DNA of 64,000 bases from Nitrospinales bacterium (GTDB taxonomy: Bacteria; Nitrospinota; Nitrospinia; Nitrospinales; VA-1). A program made the position numbers and the translations under genes. Within the stretch, counting starts at the first letter, position 1; each line of letters starts with the position of its first letter. Shown here in pieces: positions 28,905-38,964 of the stretch. The stretch spans positions 2,304,001-2,368,000 of the forward strand of contig CBDCWG010000012.1 of the NCBI GenBank assembly GCA_965223345.1, read 5' to 3'. The notes under the pieces were generated by a model. It searched no databases. It was not told the DNA's origin and saw nothing but the letters and a program-made list of their open reading frames with translations.

Positions 28905-29849
28905 TCAATGTTTCAGAACAGGTTTGCGGATATTGACCAAAGCCAGGGCTGTGGAGATGATGGCTTCCTCATCGATTCCGTAGACTTTACGCAGATAACT
29001 CTGGCTGCCGACGATGGAAGAGAAGCCGTCTTTCAGGCCGATGCGGTAAAAACTCTTCGGGATCGTTCCCAGATCCAGGCATTTTTCTGCCACCAGACTG
29101 CCCAACCCGCCTTCGATCGTGTTTTCTTCAACGGTGATGATGCCTCCTGTTTCCGTGGACGCTTCGATCAGCGCTTTGATGTCGAACGGTTTTAGAGTGT
29201 GCATGCTCAAAACCCGGCAGTGAATGCCGTATTCCGCCAGGTTGTCGGCAGCGCGCAAAACCACACCGAGAATTCCTCCGGTGGAAATCAGGGTCAGATC
29301 GTTGCCTTCCCGCAAACGTCTCGCGATGCCTACCTGGAAGGTCTCGTTGGGTCTTTGCGTGTTTTCGGCATAGGATTTGTCCAGGCGCAAATATCCCGGC
29401 ATTTCGGTGTTGGCCATGGCTTTGGTCACCTGGCTGGCTTCCCAAAGATCTCCCGGAGCAAAAATATTGATGTCCGGCAGGGAACGCATGATGCTGATGT
29501 CTTCCGTCGCGTGGTGGGAAAACCCCAGCGGGCCATAACTGAAGCCCCCGCCGATCGAAACGATGTTCACATTAGCCTGGTGGTAACAGGGGCCGTTCCT
29601 AATTTGCTCGAGACACCTCAATATGGGGAAGTTCGCGATCGAATAGGTGAAGACAACGCGGCCTTCCATGGCGATACCGGTTGCGATTCCGGTCATATTC
29701 TGTTCGGCAACACCTACGTTGAGAAAATTATTGGGAAATCGTTTGGAATAATCATCAAACACACCGAACCCCAAATCTCCGGTGATCAACATGATCCTGG
29801 AGTTCAACTCCGTCAAATACGAGAGCATTTTTACGAATGAATTTCTCAA
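28905..29849 (-). CDS. Transketolase-like protein, C-terminal (pyrimidine-binding) subunit
   Basis: TGDLG, NVGVAEQNM, SHHATED and TVEEN...GGLG motifs. Confidence 0.9.
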   Translation of the reverse strand: MRNSFVKMLSYLTELNSRIMLITGDLGFGVFDDYSKRFPNNFLNVGVAEQNMTGIATGIAMEGRVVFTYSIANFPILRCLEQIRNGPCYHQANVNIVSIGGGFSYGPLGFSHHATEDISIMRSLPDINIFAPGDLWEASQVTKAMANTEMPGYLRLDKSYAENTQRPNETFQVGIARRLREGNDLTLISTGGILGVVLRAADNLAEYGIHCRVLSMHTLKPFDIKALIEASTETGGIITVEENTIEGGLGSLVAEKCLDLGTIPKSFYRIGLKDGFSSIVGSQSYLRKVYGIDEEAIISTALALVNIRKPVLKH

Positions 29850-30655
29850 AACTCTCCCTCCAATTCTTTTAATGCTGCGGTGTATTCATCTCCTTTAGGC
29901 GTCCTGTAGTGCCAAAGTACAGAATTTTCCATGAACGACACGCCTTTTCCTTTCACGGTATGCGCAATGATGCAGCTGGGCTTGTCCGTAGCGAAAGGAA
30001 CGCGTCCCAATAGATGGTGCAGCTGTTCATGATCGTGGCCATCGACTTCTTCCACATGCCAGCCGAAACTGCGCCACTTCAACGCGAACGGTTCCAGACC
30101 CAGCGTTGCGGATACCGTGGTCAGACTCTGCAATTTGTTGTAGTCCACGATGGCCACCAGGTTGTCCAGCTTGTGATGCGCTGCAAACATGATGGCTTCC
30201 CAGACGGAGCCTTCATCGCATTCCCCATCGCTCATCAGCACAAAACAGCGCTGCGCCTCTTTGTCGAGTTTGGCGCTGTAGGCCATACCCGTCCCGATGG
30301 AAAGTCCCTGGCCCAGGGAGCCGGTGGAAAACTCGACGCCGGGTACCCCTTTATGGGAAACATGCCCTGATAAATCGGAGCCGTTCTGGCAATGGGTCTG
30401 AAGCTTTTTCACGGGAAAGAAACCGAGTTCCGCTAATACTGCGTACACCCCGGCGCCCGCATGTCCTTTGCTGAGAAGGAACCGGTCCCGTTCGTGCCAA
30501 TCCGGGTTGGAAGGCTGCACGTTCAAGATTCCTCCGTACAACACGGAGACGATGTCTGCCATTGAGAAGATGGAGCCGATATGCGAAGTGCCTCCAAGGT
30601 TGGCCATTTGGAGTGTGTGTCTTCGGATAAGATTCGCAAGTTCTTTTGAGTCCAT
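29846..30655 (-). CDS. Transketolase-like protein, N-terminal ThDP-binding subunit
   Basis: Start MDSKELAN. SHIG, DRFLLSKGH, TGSLGQG, SDGECDEG, VDGHD and HTVKGKG motifs. Confidence 0.9.
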   Translation of the reverse strand: MDSKELANLIRRHTLQMANLGGTSHIGSIFSMADIVSVLYGGILNVQPSNPDWHERDRFLLSKGHAGAGVYAVLAELGFFPVKKLQTHCQNGSDLSGHVSHKGVPGVEFSTGSLGQGLSIGTGMAYSAKLDKEAQRCFVLMSDGECDEGSVWEAIMFAAHHKLDNLVAIVDYNKLQSLTTVSATLGLEPFALKWRSFGWHVEEVDGHDHEQLHHLLGRVPFATDKPSCIIAHTVKGKGVSFMENSVLWHYRTPKGDEYTAALKELEGEF

Positions 30656-30743
30656 GGATGACCTTTGCAAATAAAATGAATGAAGTGGATGACGTGTCTC
30701 TATGGGAAACCTGCTAGATCGTTGAGGCCGACAGGGGCCTTGA

Positions 30744-31859
30744 TCAGGCAGCGTAAAAATCACGAATCTTCTGGGAAATGTAGGAAGCGTCCTCCTCTGT
30801 CACGTATAAATTCATGGGCAAGAGCAAAAAACGCGAAGTCATTTGTTCCGTTGTCGGCAGACTGACGTTGAAACCAAGCTTCTCATATTGATGAATCGCT
30901 TTTCCTCCCCATTGGATGATGGTTTTGATTCCCCATTCATCCAAGTAGCTCTTCAGGGCATCCCTGTTTTCAGCCTGGACCTCGTAGTTCTGATAAACGT
31001 CGAAATGGTCCGGGTCGGAATCGGGCGAAGGCGGTAATGTGAGTTTGGAGAGATTACCGAGTTCTTTTTGATAGACCTTTGCAATGTTCCTTCTGTGCTC
31101 GATGGCCTGGTCGAACGATTGCAGTTTGTGATTCAGGATTGCGGCTTGCAGATTATCCAGCCTGGAATTGGTTCCCCAGCAAACGATATCTCCTTCCGAG
31201 TTTCTTCCATGATCTCGCATCAACCGAATTTTTTCAGCGATCGCATCGTCGTTGGTGACCACGGCGCCGCCGTCTCCAAAGCAGCCCAATAGCTTTGCGG
31301 GATAAAAACTGAAGGTCCCTGCGATTCCAAATGTGCCGGCGCATTTATTTTTGAACTTCGACCCGAGTGCCTGGGCGGAGTCCTCCACAATCAACAAACC
31401 GTGCTTGTTCGCGATCGCCTGAATCGAATCCATATTTGCGGTGCGGCCGTTGAGCTGCACAGGCATGATCGCTCGTGTCTTTTTGGTGATCGCCTTTTCC
31501 ACACTGGTGGCATCGATGAGATGATCCTTGCCGCATTCGACCAGAACGGGTTTGGCTCCAAGAAAATCGACTGCGTTTGCCGAAGCCACGAACGTGTGCG
31601 AAGGAAGGATGACTTCGTCTCCCGCCTTGATCCCCGCTGCCTTCAAGGCAAGAAAAAGCGCTGCGGTGCCATCCGCCACGCCGATGGCGCGTTTGACGTT
31701 CAAAAAGTTTTTCAGGTTGTCTTCAAATTCTTTCAGGTCTTTTTGCAGGATGTAGGCACCGCGCCGTAAAACATCCTGGACAATATCCATGTATTTGTCT
31801 TCGTGAGAACTGAAAAGAGCAGGGTAGGGGAAAAATGGAATTGTGCGATTTTTATCCAT
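30744..31859 (-). CDS. DegT/DnrJ PLP aminotransferase
   Basis: GTAAL, EDSAQ, SFYPAKLLGCFGDGG and NSRLD motifs. Confidence 0.92.
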   Translation of the reverse strand: MDKNRTIPFFPYPALFSSHEDKYMDIVQDVLRRGAYILQKDLKEFEDNLKNFLNVKRAIGVADGTAALFLALKAAGIKAGDEVILPSHTFVASANAVDFLGAKPVLVECGKDHLIDATSVEKAITKKTRAIMPVQLNGRTANMDSIQAIANKHGLLIVEDSAQALGSKFKNKCAGTFGIAGTFSFYPAKLLGCFGDGGAVVTNDDAIAEKIRLMRDHGRNSEGDIVCWGTNSRLDNLQAAILNHKLQSFDQAIEHRRNIAKVYQKELGNLSKLTLPPSPDSDPDHFDVYQNYEVQAENRDALKSYLDEWGIKTIIQWGGKAIHQYEKLGFNVSLPTTEQMTSRFLLLPMNLYVTEEDASYISQKIRDFYAA

Positions 31860-32672
31860 GTCAGAACCTTTTAAGTTCTAATAAATATTATTGTTACTAT
31901 ATTTTTATTAAACATAATTTATGTAAATTTAGTTGAATCAAGCGGATTTTATCTAATTTATTTATCTTGTCTATTAAAAAATTATTAATTTAATTGAATG
32001 TAAATATAACTTAGAGCCGCCGGTTATCCGGTTGCCAAATATTCAGCTATTTTTTGCAGGGGGGTTCAGAAGGGCGAAAAGGGGGTATTGATTTGATATT
32101 CAATGAATACATGGATTTTTTATAGGCGCTGGAGCGATGACTGAATTGGGTTTGGTGATAAAAATTTTTTTTCACAATTGACCGATCTGCGATGAATCTG
32201 TGCGGCGACCCATTGTGCAGGCTGTTTGTGAGTGCGTGTCTGAGGCGAAGAGAATTGAGCTTGCCTGTATTTATCAATCTTGGTTTGAGATTCATGTTGG
32301 GGGTTATTGGCAGGCGGTGCGATGGGGGGTCCTGCAATGCTCTCTAGAGGCTCTTGTATGTGAGAGCGTCGATGAAAAAGGTAAAAGTTGTTGTGCCATT
32401 GCCGCCTGTTTGTCGTGAATCAAACCTAAAGCAATCTGGGATTGTGCGTGATACCCGATAAATAAGATCCATTGTCAAGGAGAAGGCTGCTGGCTTTTTT
32501 GCTGATTGAAAAAAAGCGCCCAAACAGGCAGTGTCAAAAAGTTAATAAAATTGATTTCTGGAATAGAGAGTGAATGTTGATTTTAAGAAATCATCCGTTT
32601 GCCCTCTATAATCTATTGAATAGTTTGGTATAAAAAAACATTAAAATATATTAATACTATATAAAATATGGG

Positions 32673-32681
32673 TGGTATAAT
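32673..32681 (+). promoter_or_regulatory. Extended -10 promoter candidate for the wzy-wzc-wzx operon
   Basis: TGgTATAAT in an AT-rich intergenic region ~135 nt upstream of the wzy-like start. Confidence 0.45.
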
Positions 32682-32814
32682 GCCCCCAAAATTTTCAGAA
32701 TAAATATAAAAATGAGCGCTTTGAGGTGGATTCAGCTGGGCGAGTGATCGTCGTTTCTTGGAGTGGACAGTGGTTGTGAAGATAAACGATGCGTGTGTGT
32801 AAGCTCGGTAACCG

Positions 32815-34086
32815 GTGCTGAAAAAAATACTGGATCACATAGTTTCGTTTGAAATGTGTTTCACCCTCTTTATATTCGCGGGTGTTTATAAAGCCTATCC
32901 TCCATACAATGCATTCCCCGTCGATCTCACAGCATTTTTTCTTTCGGTGTCTCTGCTATGGGGGCTCCTTATTTTATGGCAGCGCCGGTTCGAGTTGGTT
33001 GGCAAAAGGATAATCCTGGCATGTATCGGGAGCTTATTTTCTGCATACATTTTATTGTCGTTGATCTGGTCTCCCAGTATTGAATATGGAAATGAGAAGA
33101 CACTGTATGTGACCCTGTTGAATTTGTATTGTCTGTTGGCGTCCTCGTTCGTCATTGCCAGTGAAAGAGAACGCACAAAACGCTTTTTTGTCTGTCTATT
33201 TGTATTCTCGTTGTGGATAGGGGTTGAGGTGTCGCATTGGATTCTACCCACAAGCGATACCAGTGAGATCGACTTTACAAAACAAATCGGTGGGGATGAT
33301 TATCTTCAGATAGGCCGGATCATTGGATTCGGAACCATTCTTGTTTTTGGATATTGTCTCTATTACGCAAGAACATGGGCCTCTCTTTCAATCAGTTTGC
33401 TGTTTATCGCCATTTACTGGTACTCGATGTTTCAAATAGGAGGGCGCGGGCCGCTGTTTGGAACATTTCTGGTTCCGATCCTGTTGCTGGTGATGGTCTT
33501 GTGGATCGTCGTCAAAGGGGAGTATTTAAAGCCGAGAATAAAAAGAGTGGCGGGATTTGTGCTTGGTTTTATCGGTTTGATCGCCATCGGGATTGTGTAT
33601 GGATTCTCCCTTTCAGAACTGCCCAGGAGTTTGGACCGGGTGAGTGTGCTGTTCGAACCCGGGATGGGCAGCTCGGCTGGTATCCGGATGGGATATTACA
33701 TTCAGTCATTTGATATCTGGTCGCAAAGTCCTGTGTTTGGAAACGGGATTGGTAGCTGGCCTTTGATGATGGGATTCGGCGATTCCAGAAACTACCCTCA
33801 TAACATCCTTTTGGAAATCGCCACGGAGCTTGGCCTTGTGGGATTGGCTATCTTTCTCGGAATGATCCTTTTCTGTTTGTATGTGTTGGGCAACGTCAAT
33901 GAAATACTGAAAAACCCAATCAAATGTATCGTGTTCCAGTTATTTGTGTTTTCTTTTTTGAACACTTTATTCAGTGGGGATTTGCATGATAATCGAAGCC
34001 TTTTTTTTATTATGGGTTTGATGAGTTTCGGCAGCCACGGTTATGGTTTCAAGGATGAATATCAAGCATTGATTAAAAATACGTAA
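32815..34086 (+). CDS. O-antigen polymerase/ligase (Wzy-like)
   Basis: Multi-TM protein with GGRGP, PVFGNGIG and YPHNILLE..ELGLVG motifs. Confidence 0.85.
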   Translation: MLKKILDHIVSFEMCFTLFIFAGVYKAYPPYNAFPVDLTAFFLSVSLLWGLLILWQRRFELVGKRIILACIGSLFSAYILLSLIWSPSIEYGNEKTLYVTLLNLYCLLASSFVIASERERTKRFFVCLFVFSLWIGVEVSHWILPTSDTSEIDFTKQIGGDDYLQIGRIIGFGTILVFGYCLYYARTWASLSISLLFIAIYWYSMFQIGGRGPLFGTFLVPILLLVMVLWIVVKGEYLKPRIKRVAGFVLGFIGLIAIGIVYGFSLSELPRSLDRVSVLFEPGMGSSAGIRMGYYIQSFDIWSQSPVFGNGIGSWPLMMGFGDSRNYPHNILLEIATELGLVGLAIFLGMILFCLYVLGNVNEILKNPIKCIVFQLFVFSFLNTLFSGDLHDNRSLFFIMGLMSFGSHGYGFKDEYQALIKNT

Positions 34087-34104
34087 TTCAAGGGAGGCCT
34101 CGGT

Positions 34105-36384
34105 TTGTACAATCCAATATTGAATATATTTGATAAGTCCTCAAGCGGAGCTCCAGGTGGAAATATTCTGAGCATCATATTCAGGAGAAAATTTATTCTA
34201 TTGGGAATCATGACGTTGTTTGGATTGGTTGGAGGATTGATCATATTTTTGTCAACGCCTCTCTATCAAGCCGATGCCTTGATCATGATCGGAAAAAACA
34301 ATGTTGCGGGTTTCACTGCCAGAAGGTTCATGGAAAGAGCGTCCCCGATGGAAGAATACTTCAATACTCAATATCGTTTGCTTGGAACACGTTCGATCGC
34401 TGAAACCGTCATTAAAGATTTGAAACTCGCTGAAAATCCGGAATTTGTTGGAGATAAGAAAAAGTTCTCACTATCCAAATTAACGGATTTCGTGTCGGAA
34501 TACTTTGGTGGTTCAAAAAAATTAAAGCCAATTTCCAGTAAAAGCTCGGCGGATCCCAATTATCAGGTCATCCAGGAGTTTTCCAATCGTTTGATACTCA
34601 CACCGCTGCCAAATAGCAGCCTCGTTCGGGTGAGTTTCCGGGGAGAATCTCCCGTTTTGGTTGCCCAGATTGCAAACTCAATTGCCGAGGCGTTCATTTC
34701 CATGAATATCAAGCAAATGAATTCCGGCATGGGGGCGTCCGGCGAATGGATGCGGGCGCGTTTGGATGAATTGAAAGAAAAGATGAATAAATCGCAAGCG
34801 GAGATGAGTGCTTACAGGAAAAGCACTCAGGTCATCGAATTCGAAAAGAACCGCAATATTCTCACCGAAAACCTGAAAGGCACTAACAATGAATCGCGAA
34901 AAGTGCAGGGCGAGATTTTAAAATTCAAGACCATTAAGGAACAGCTGGAAAAGATGGAAGGGGACCCGATTCAGATACTCAAATCTCTTCCTGATTCCGT
35001 CAAAAGTCAAAACATCAATGATTTGTTAAAAAGATACTCAGAAGTCAAAACGGAATACGATAACTCTTCAAAAGTTTACGAAAACAGTCATCCGCAGATG
35101 CAAGCCATGACCAAGGAACTGAACAATATCGAAAGTTCCATTCCGGATGAAATAAAGCTGTTGATCGAATCCTTGGTGATCAAAATCGAAAATGCGGAGA
35201 AGCGGAAAGTCTCTTTGAAGGAAGCGCTGGAAAGAGAAAAAAAAGAGATGATGGATCTTGAGAATCAGAAGATCCGATATGACAGCTTGAAAATGGAGTA
35301 CGACACGAATTCCAAATTGTACAACGATCTGTTGCTTAGAATGAAAGAGGTAGAGATCTCTGCGAAGAACAACCAGGGGGAAGCTGAGATCGTGGATCGC
35401 GCGCAAGTGCCTCAGGATCCCATCAAACCAAAAAAAATGCTCATAATGAGCGTGTTCCTGTTTTTGGGAATGATCGGGGGCAGTGCATTGGTTGTCAGGC
35501 TTGAAAAATACAATAAGACCATAAAATTCGTTGAAGACGTGGAAAAGGATTTTCCCTTTCCGGTGATTGGGGCGGTGAGTGTGGGCGAAGCCGATGAGAT
35601 ACCTTTGCCTATTCAGAACAGAAATTCGGTGATCGCTGAAGAATTTCGAAAAATGCGTACGCGGTTGATGCTCAGTGGATACGATGGCAGCAATAAAATC
35701 GGCGCAAAAAAAATACTCATGATTTCCAGCACCGAGCCGGACGAAGGAAAAAGCATGATTTCCACCAATCTGAGTATCGCATTCACACAGATAGGCAAAA
35801 GAGTGCTCATTATCGATACGGATTTTTCAAAACCCACCGTGCACAACAATTTGAATGCCGAGTTGGAGCCCGGGTTATTGGATTATCTTCGAGGAGAGGG
35901 CGATGCCGATCAATTGATCCAGGAAACCAATATCGAAAACCTTTCGGTGTTGACAGTAGGCGCCATGAAGGATGATTTTGAGGATAACTTTAAACTGGAA
36001 AATTTGAAAAACCTATTCAAGAGCCTCAAAAAGAAATTCGACATCATCATTGTCGATACTCCACCGGCCTTGACCTATTCGTATGTTCCGATAATTGCTC
36101 AGGCGAGCAATGGTGTGTTGTATGTCATCAAAGCCGGGAGAAAGAATACCAAAATGATCAATCGAAGCTTTGGCAACTTACTGCCTTCTGCGCAGAAGAA
36201 AATGCAAAAGAACATTTCCGGGGCAAGTCAAAGCGTCAAGATGATGGAATACTTTATGAACAATTATAAGATCGTTGGAATTGTGCTGAACAAGGCCCAG
36301 TACAAAACCGACGATTATTATGAATATTACCGGAAGTATTCAAAAGATTATTACAACTATAAAAATCAAGTCAATGTGGAGTGA
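34105..36384 (+). CDS. wzc: Polysaccharide co-polymerase / tyrosine autokinase (Wzc/GumC)
   Basis: TM-P.Y.A motif, coiled coils, P..P.KP-TM, Walker A EPDEGKS, IIDTD, VDTPP and a C-terminal Tyr cluster. TTG start with GGGAGG. Confidence 0.92.
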   Translation: MYNPILNIFDKSSSGAPGGNILSIIFRRKFILLGIMTLFGLVGGLIIFLSTPLYQADALIMIGKNNVAGFTARRFMERASPMEEYFNTQYRLLGTRSIAETVIKDLKLAENPEFVGDKKKFSLSKLTDFVSEYFGGSKKLKPISSKSSADPNYQVIQEFSNRLILTPLPNSSLVRVSFRGESPVLVAQIANSIAEAFISMNIKQMNSGMGASGEWMRARLDELKEKMNKSQAEMSAYRKSTQVIEFEKNRNILTENLKGTNNESRKVQGEILKFKTIKEQLEKMEGDPIQILKSLPDSVKSQNINDLLKRYSEVKTEYDNSSKVYENSHPQMQAMTKELNNIESSIPDEIKLLIESLVIKIENAEKRKVSLKEALEREKKEMMDLENQKIRYDSLKMEYDTNSKLYNDLLLRMKEVEISAKNNQGEAEIVDRAQVPQDPIKPKKMLIMSVFLFLGMIGGSALVVRLEKYNKTIKFVEDVEKDFPFPVIGAVSVGEADEIPLPIQNRNSVIAEEFRKMRTRLMLSGYDGSNKIGAKKILMISSTEPDEGKSMISTNLSIAFTQIGKRVLIIDTDFSKPTVHNNLNAELEPGLLDYLRGEGDADQLIQETNIENLSVLTVGAMKDDFEDNFKLENLKNLFKSLKKKFDIIIVDTPPALTYSYVPIIAQASNGVLYVIKAGRKNTKMINRSFGNLLPSAQKKMQKNISGASQSVKMMEYFMNNYKIVGIVLNKAQYKTDDYYEYYRKYSKDYYNYKNQVNVE

Positions 36385-36430
36385 AAGGTACTTTCATGAG
36401 TTGAAAACGATTGATTTTAGGAATTGATGG

Positions 36431-37936
36431 ATGATTCGGGTCAGCCCTTTTTTAAAGGATTTTTTTCAAACAGGGTTTTCGTCAGTGGTAGTGATGATTT
36501 CCTATGTTTGTGTGTTTCATTTGCTTGCTGCTGGACTGACCGTGGATGATTTTGGCGCCTATTTGATATCGAGAAGATTCATTTCCACATTGTTTCCAGT
36601 GACAACACTCTGTATGGGCATTGCGATAACCCGCTATATATCGATTTCAAATAATGAAGGGGACAAAGATAATATTTTATTTTGCGGGTTTATTTTAGCG
36701 GTCGCTCCCTGTCTCGTCGTTTACTTGTTTGGCATTCTATTTAAAGACGAATTTAGTGAACTGCTGTTTCAATCTGCCTCCTATTCCAATGTATTTTCCG
36801 CATCGTTGTTCTTCTTATTGGGTTACAGCATCTACTCGGTTCTTTATGCCTATTACCGCGGCAACGATCAAATATCGAAGGCCAATTACTGGAACGCATT
36901 GTGCGGGGGAATCCTGCCTTTGATCATCGTGTTCGTTCTTGCTGATCGGGGTGATGCCAGCCTGATTCTATATCTGATAGGGGGATTTTATTATTTCTCC
37001 ATTGTCCCATTGATGCCGAAGATGCTGCGGCATATGCGCCATCTCTTTGCCAACTACTCTGAAGAGATCAAGAAAAATCAAATCTATGAATTGTTTCAAT
37101 ACGGATTGCCGCGGGTGCCTTCCGGAATTCTGATTGCCGGGCTCTTATCGATCGGTCCCTTTTGGGCCTCGTCCATGCTGTCGGTCCGCGAGGGAGGATT
37201 TTTGGCTCTTGCCTTGTCGGTCGTGGGAATGGTGAGTGCGGTCACGCTTCCTATGGGAATCGTCTTGCTGCCAAAGATGGGACGTCTGATGGCAGAAGGA
37301 AAAAAGGAAACCATCCAAAACGGAATCACCGATATCATTTCATTCTCGTTTTATCTGGGTGTGTTTGTCACTTTGCACTTGATCATTTGGGCGGATGAAA
37401 TCGTTAAACTGTGGTTCGGCCCCGAATACAAAGAAGTCGTCTTTTTGATGCGAGTGAGTCTGTTGGCACTCACTCCTTACCTGATATTGACCATGCTGGG
37501 GCCGTGCGTGGACGCTGTTGAACGCAAAGCCATCAACACGCGAAACAACACCATCTCGCTGAGTATTGTGTTTCTGCTGCTGGCCGGTTCTTCGTTATCT
37601 GAACTGGGTTTGCTGGGGGTGAATGTATGCGTGGTATTGGGGTTCGTCATCTCTAGCTGGTTGGCGATTCGGTTTTTGAACAGCCGGTTTGACATCCAGT
37701 TTAAGAAAATTGCATTCGTCAATTGCCTGCTGGTGAATGCTGTTATTTATATGTTGGGCCATATCGGCCGCATCTGGTTTTCAAGCCTGACCACCGGGAA
37801 TGGGTATATCGTTCTTGGAATTGTATTTGAGTTGCTTCTCTTTCTCGGATATTTCGCCATTTTGTGGAAGCAGGAAGTCAGCTGGACGGTCGAAATTGGT
37901 GGGCGAATCATGAAACCGGCTGCCAGTTCCAGCTGA
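36431..37936 (+). CDS. wzx: Wzx-like oligosaccharide flippase
   Basis: About 500 aa, many TM segments, L...DFG.Y N-terminal motif, located after wzc. Confidence 0.8.
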   Translation: MIRVSPFLKDFFQTGFSSVVVMISYVCVFHLLAAGLTVDDFGAYLISRRFISTLFPVTTLCMGIAITRYISISNNEGDKDNILFCGFILAVAPCLVVYLFGILFKDEFSELLFQSASYSNVFSASLFFLLGYSIYSVLYAYYRGNDQISKANYWNALCGGILPLIIVFVLADRGDASLILYLIGGFYYFSIVPLMPKMLRHMRHLFANYSEEIKKNQIYELFQYGLPRVPSGILIAGLLSIGPFWASSMLSVREGGFLALALSVVGMVSAVTLPMGIVLLPKMGRLMAEGKKETIQNGITDIISFSFYLGVFVTLHLIIWADEIVKLWFGPEYKEVVFLMRVSLLALTPYLILTMLGPCVDAVERKAINTRNNTISLSIVFLLLAGSSLSELGLLGVNVCVVLGFVISSWLAIRFLNSRFDIQFKKIAFVNCLLVNAVIYMLGHIGRIWFSSLTTGNGYIVLGIVFELLLFLGYFAILWKQEVSWTVEIGGRIMKPAASSS

Positions 37937-37960
37937 CTCTACTATTAGAAAGAACGCCCT

Positions 37961-38914
37961 GTGAGCGATAACAACCCCCCATACACCCTGGTGTTGACCC
38001 ACGATGTCGATCATTTGTCATTGGCAAAATATCCACTATTTTCCAAAGACACGATTTCGTTTTTCAAAAGAAACCTGTTCAACAATTTGTTGCGCTGCAT
38101 GCAGGGCGAAATTTCGCTGGGGAAATATCTCAATTCCATCAAATGGTGCCTTGTTTATCCCCTTGTCAAGCTGGGAATCCATGAAGATCCATGGGAGAAG
38201 GCGATCATCGATCTGATGGCACTTGAAAAACGATATGGTGTGCGAGCGACCTATTTTTTCATTCCGATGCCATTCAATCCAGGGCATAAATCCAAGGGCG
38301 TTGAGGATGATAAGGGAAGAGAGGCGAGATACGACATCGAAGATCATCGTTCGCTTTTACAAAGAATGCAGGAAGACGGTTTTGAGGCAGGCGTTCACGG
38401 CATCGATGCGCATATCGACACCGAGTCTGCAAAGCAGGAACTGGATCGCTTGAGAAAACTGCTTCCGGATAAAGAAAAAGTCGGCCTTCGGATGCACTGG
38501 TTGTATCAACCGGAGCAACTGTGGCCGAACCTAAGGGAGGCGGGATTTCATTATGATGCCACATATGGCAGTAATCACGAGGTCGGTTTTTATGAGAATC
38601 AATACAGACCTTTTGTCAAGGATGGGATCTGGGTGTTTCCCCTGACCATTATGGACAGCACCTTGATGGGTAATTGGAGGATGAATCTGTCCATCGAGGA
38701 TGCGTGGGAAAAAGTCAAAACGATACTGGATAAAGCCAGGGAAAAAGAGGCCGTGATCACTGTCAATTGGCACACCGATCATTTTTATGTTTTTGACTAC
38801 TGGGGAGAAGTCTACGAACGCTTGCTCAATCAAGCCAAAAGCGATGGCGCCCGGATAGTGAATTGTTCGGATTACTTGGAAGTGGAAGTAAAAAAAGAGA
38901 CAAGCTGCGTTTAA
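37961..38914 (+). CDS. Polysaccharide deacetylase-like protein
   Basis: LTHDVD, ATYFF, GVHG, GLRMHW, YDAT and NWH motifs. Confidence 0.8.
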   Translation: MSDNNPPYTLVLTHDVDHLSLAKYPLFSKDTISFFKRNLFNNLLRCMQGEISLGKYLNSIKWCLVYPLVKLGIHEDPWEKAIIDLMALEKRYGVRATYFFIPMPFNPGHKSKGVEDDKGREARYDIEDHRSLLQRMQEDGFEAGVHGIDAHIDTESAKQELDRLRKLLPDKEKVGLRMHWLYQPEQLWPNLREAGFHYDATYGSNHEVGFYENQYRPFVKDGIWVFPLTIMDSTLMGNWRMNLSIEDAWEKVKTILDKAREKEAVITVNWHTDHFYVFDYWGEVYERLLNQAKSDGARIVNCSDYLEVEVKKETSCV

Positions 38915-38964
38915 CGGATTCCCGTAAACGCACAGTCGTTGATTTATAGATAGGCTATTTGCAT

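Noticed and set aside
32047..32418. Short ORFs in the divergent intergenic region (also 8045-8626, 22582-22932 and 59690-60103)
   Set aside because: No RBS, motif or convincing codon bias. More likely regulatory DNA.
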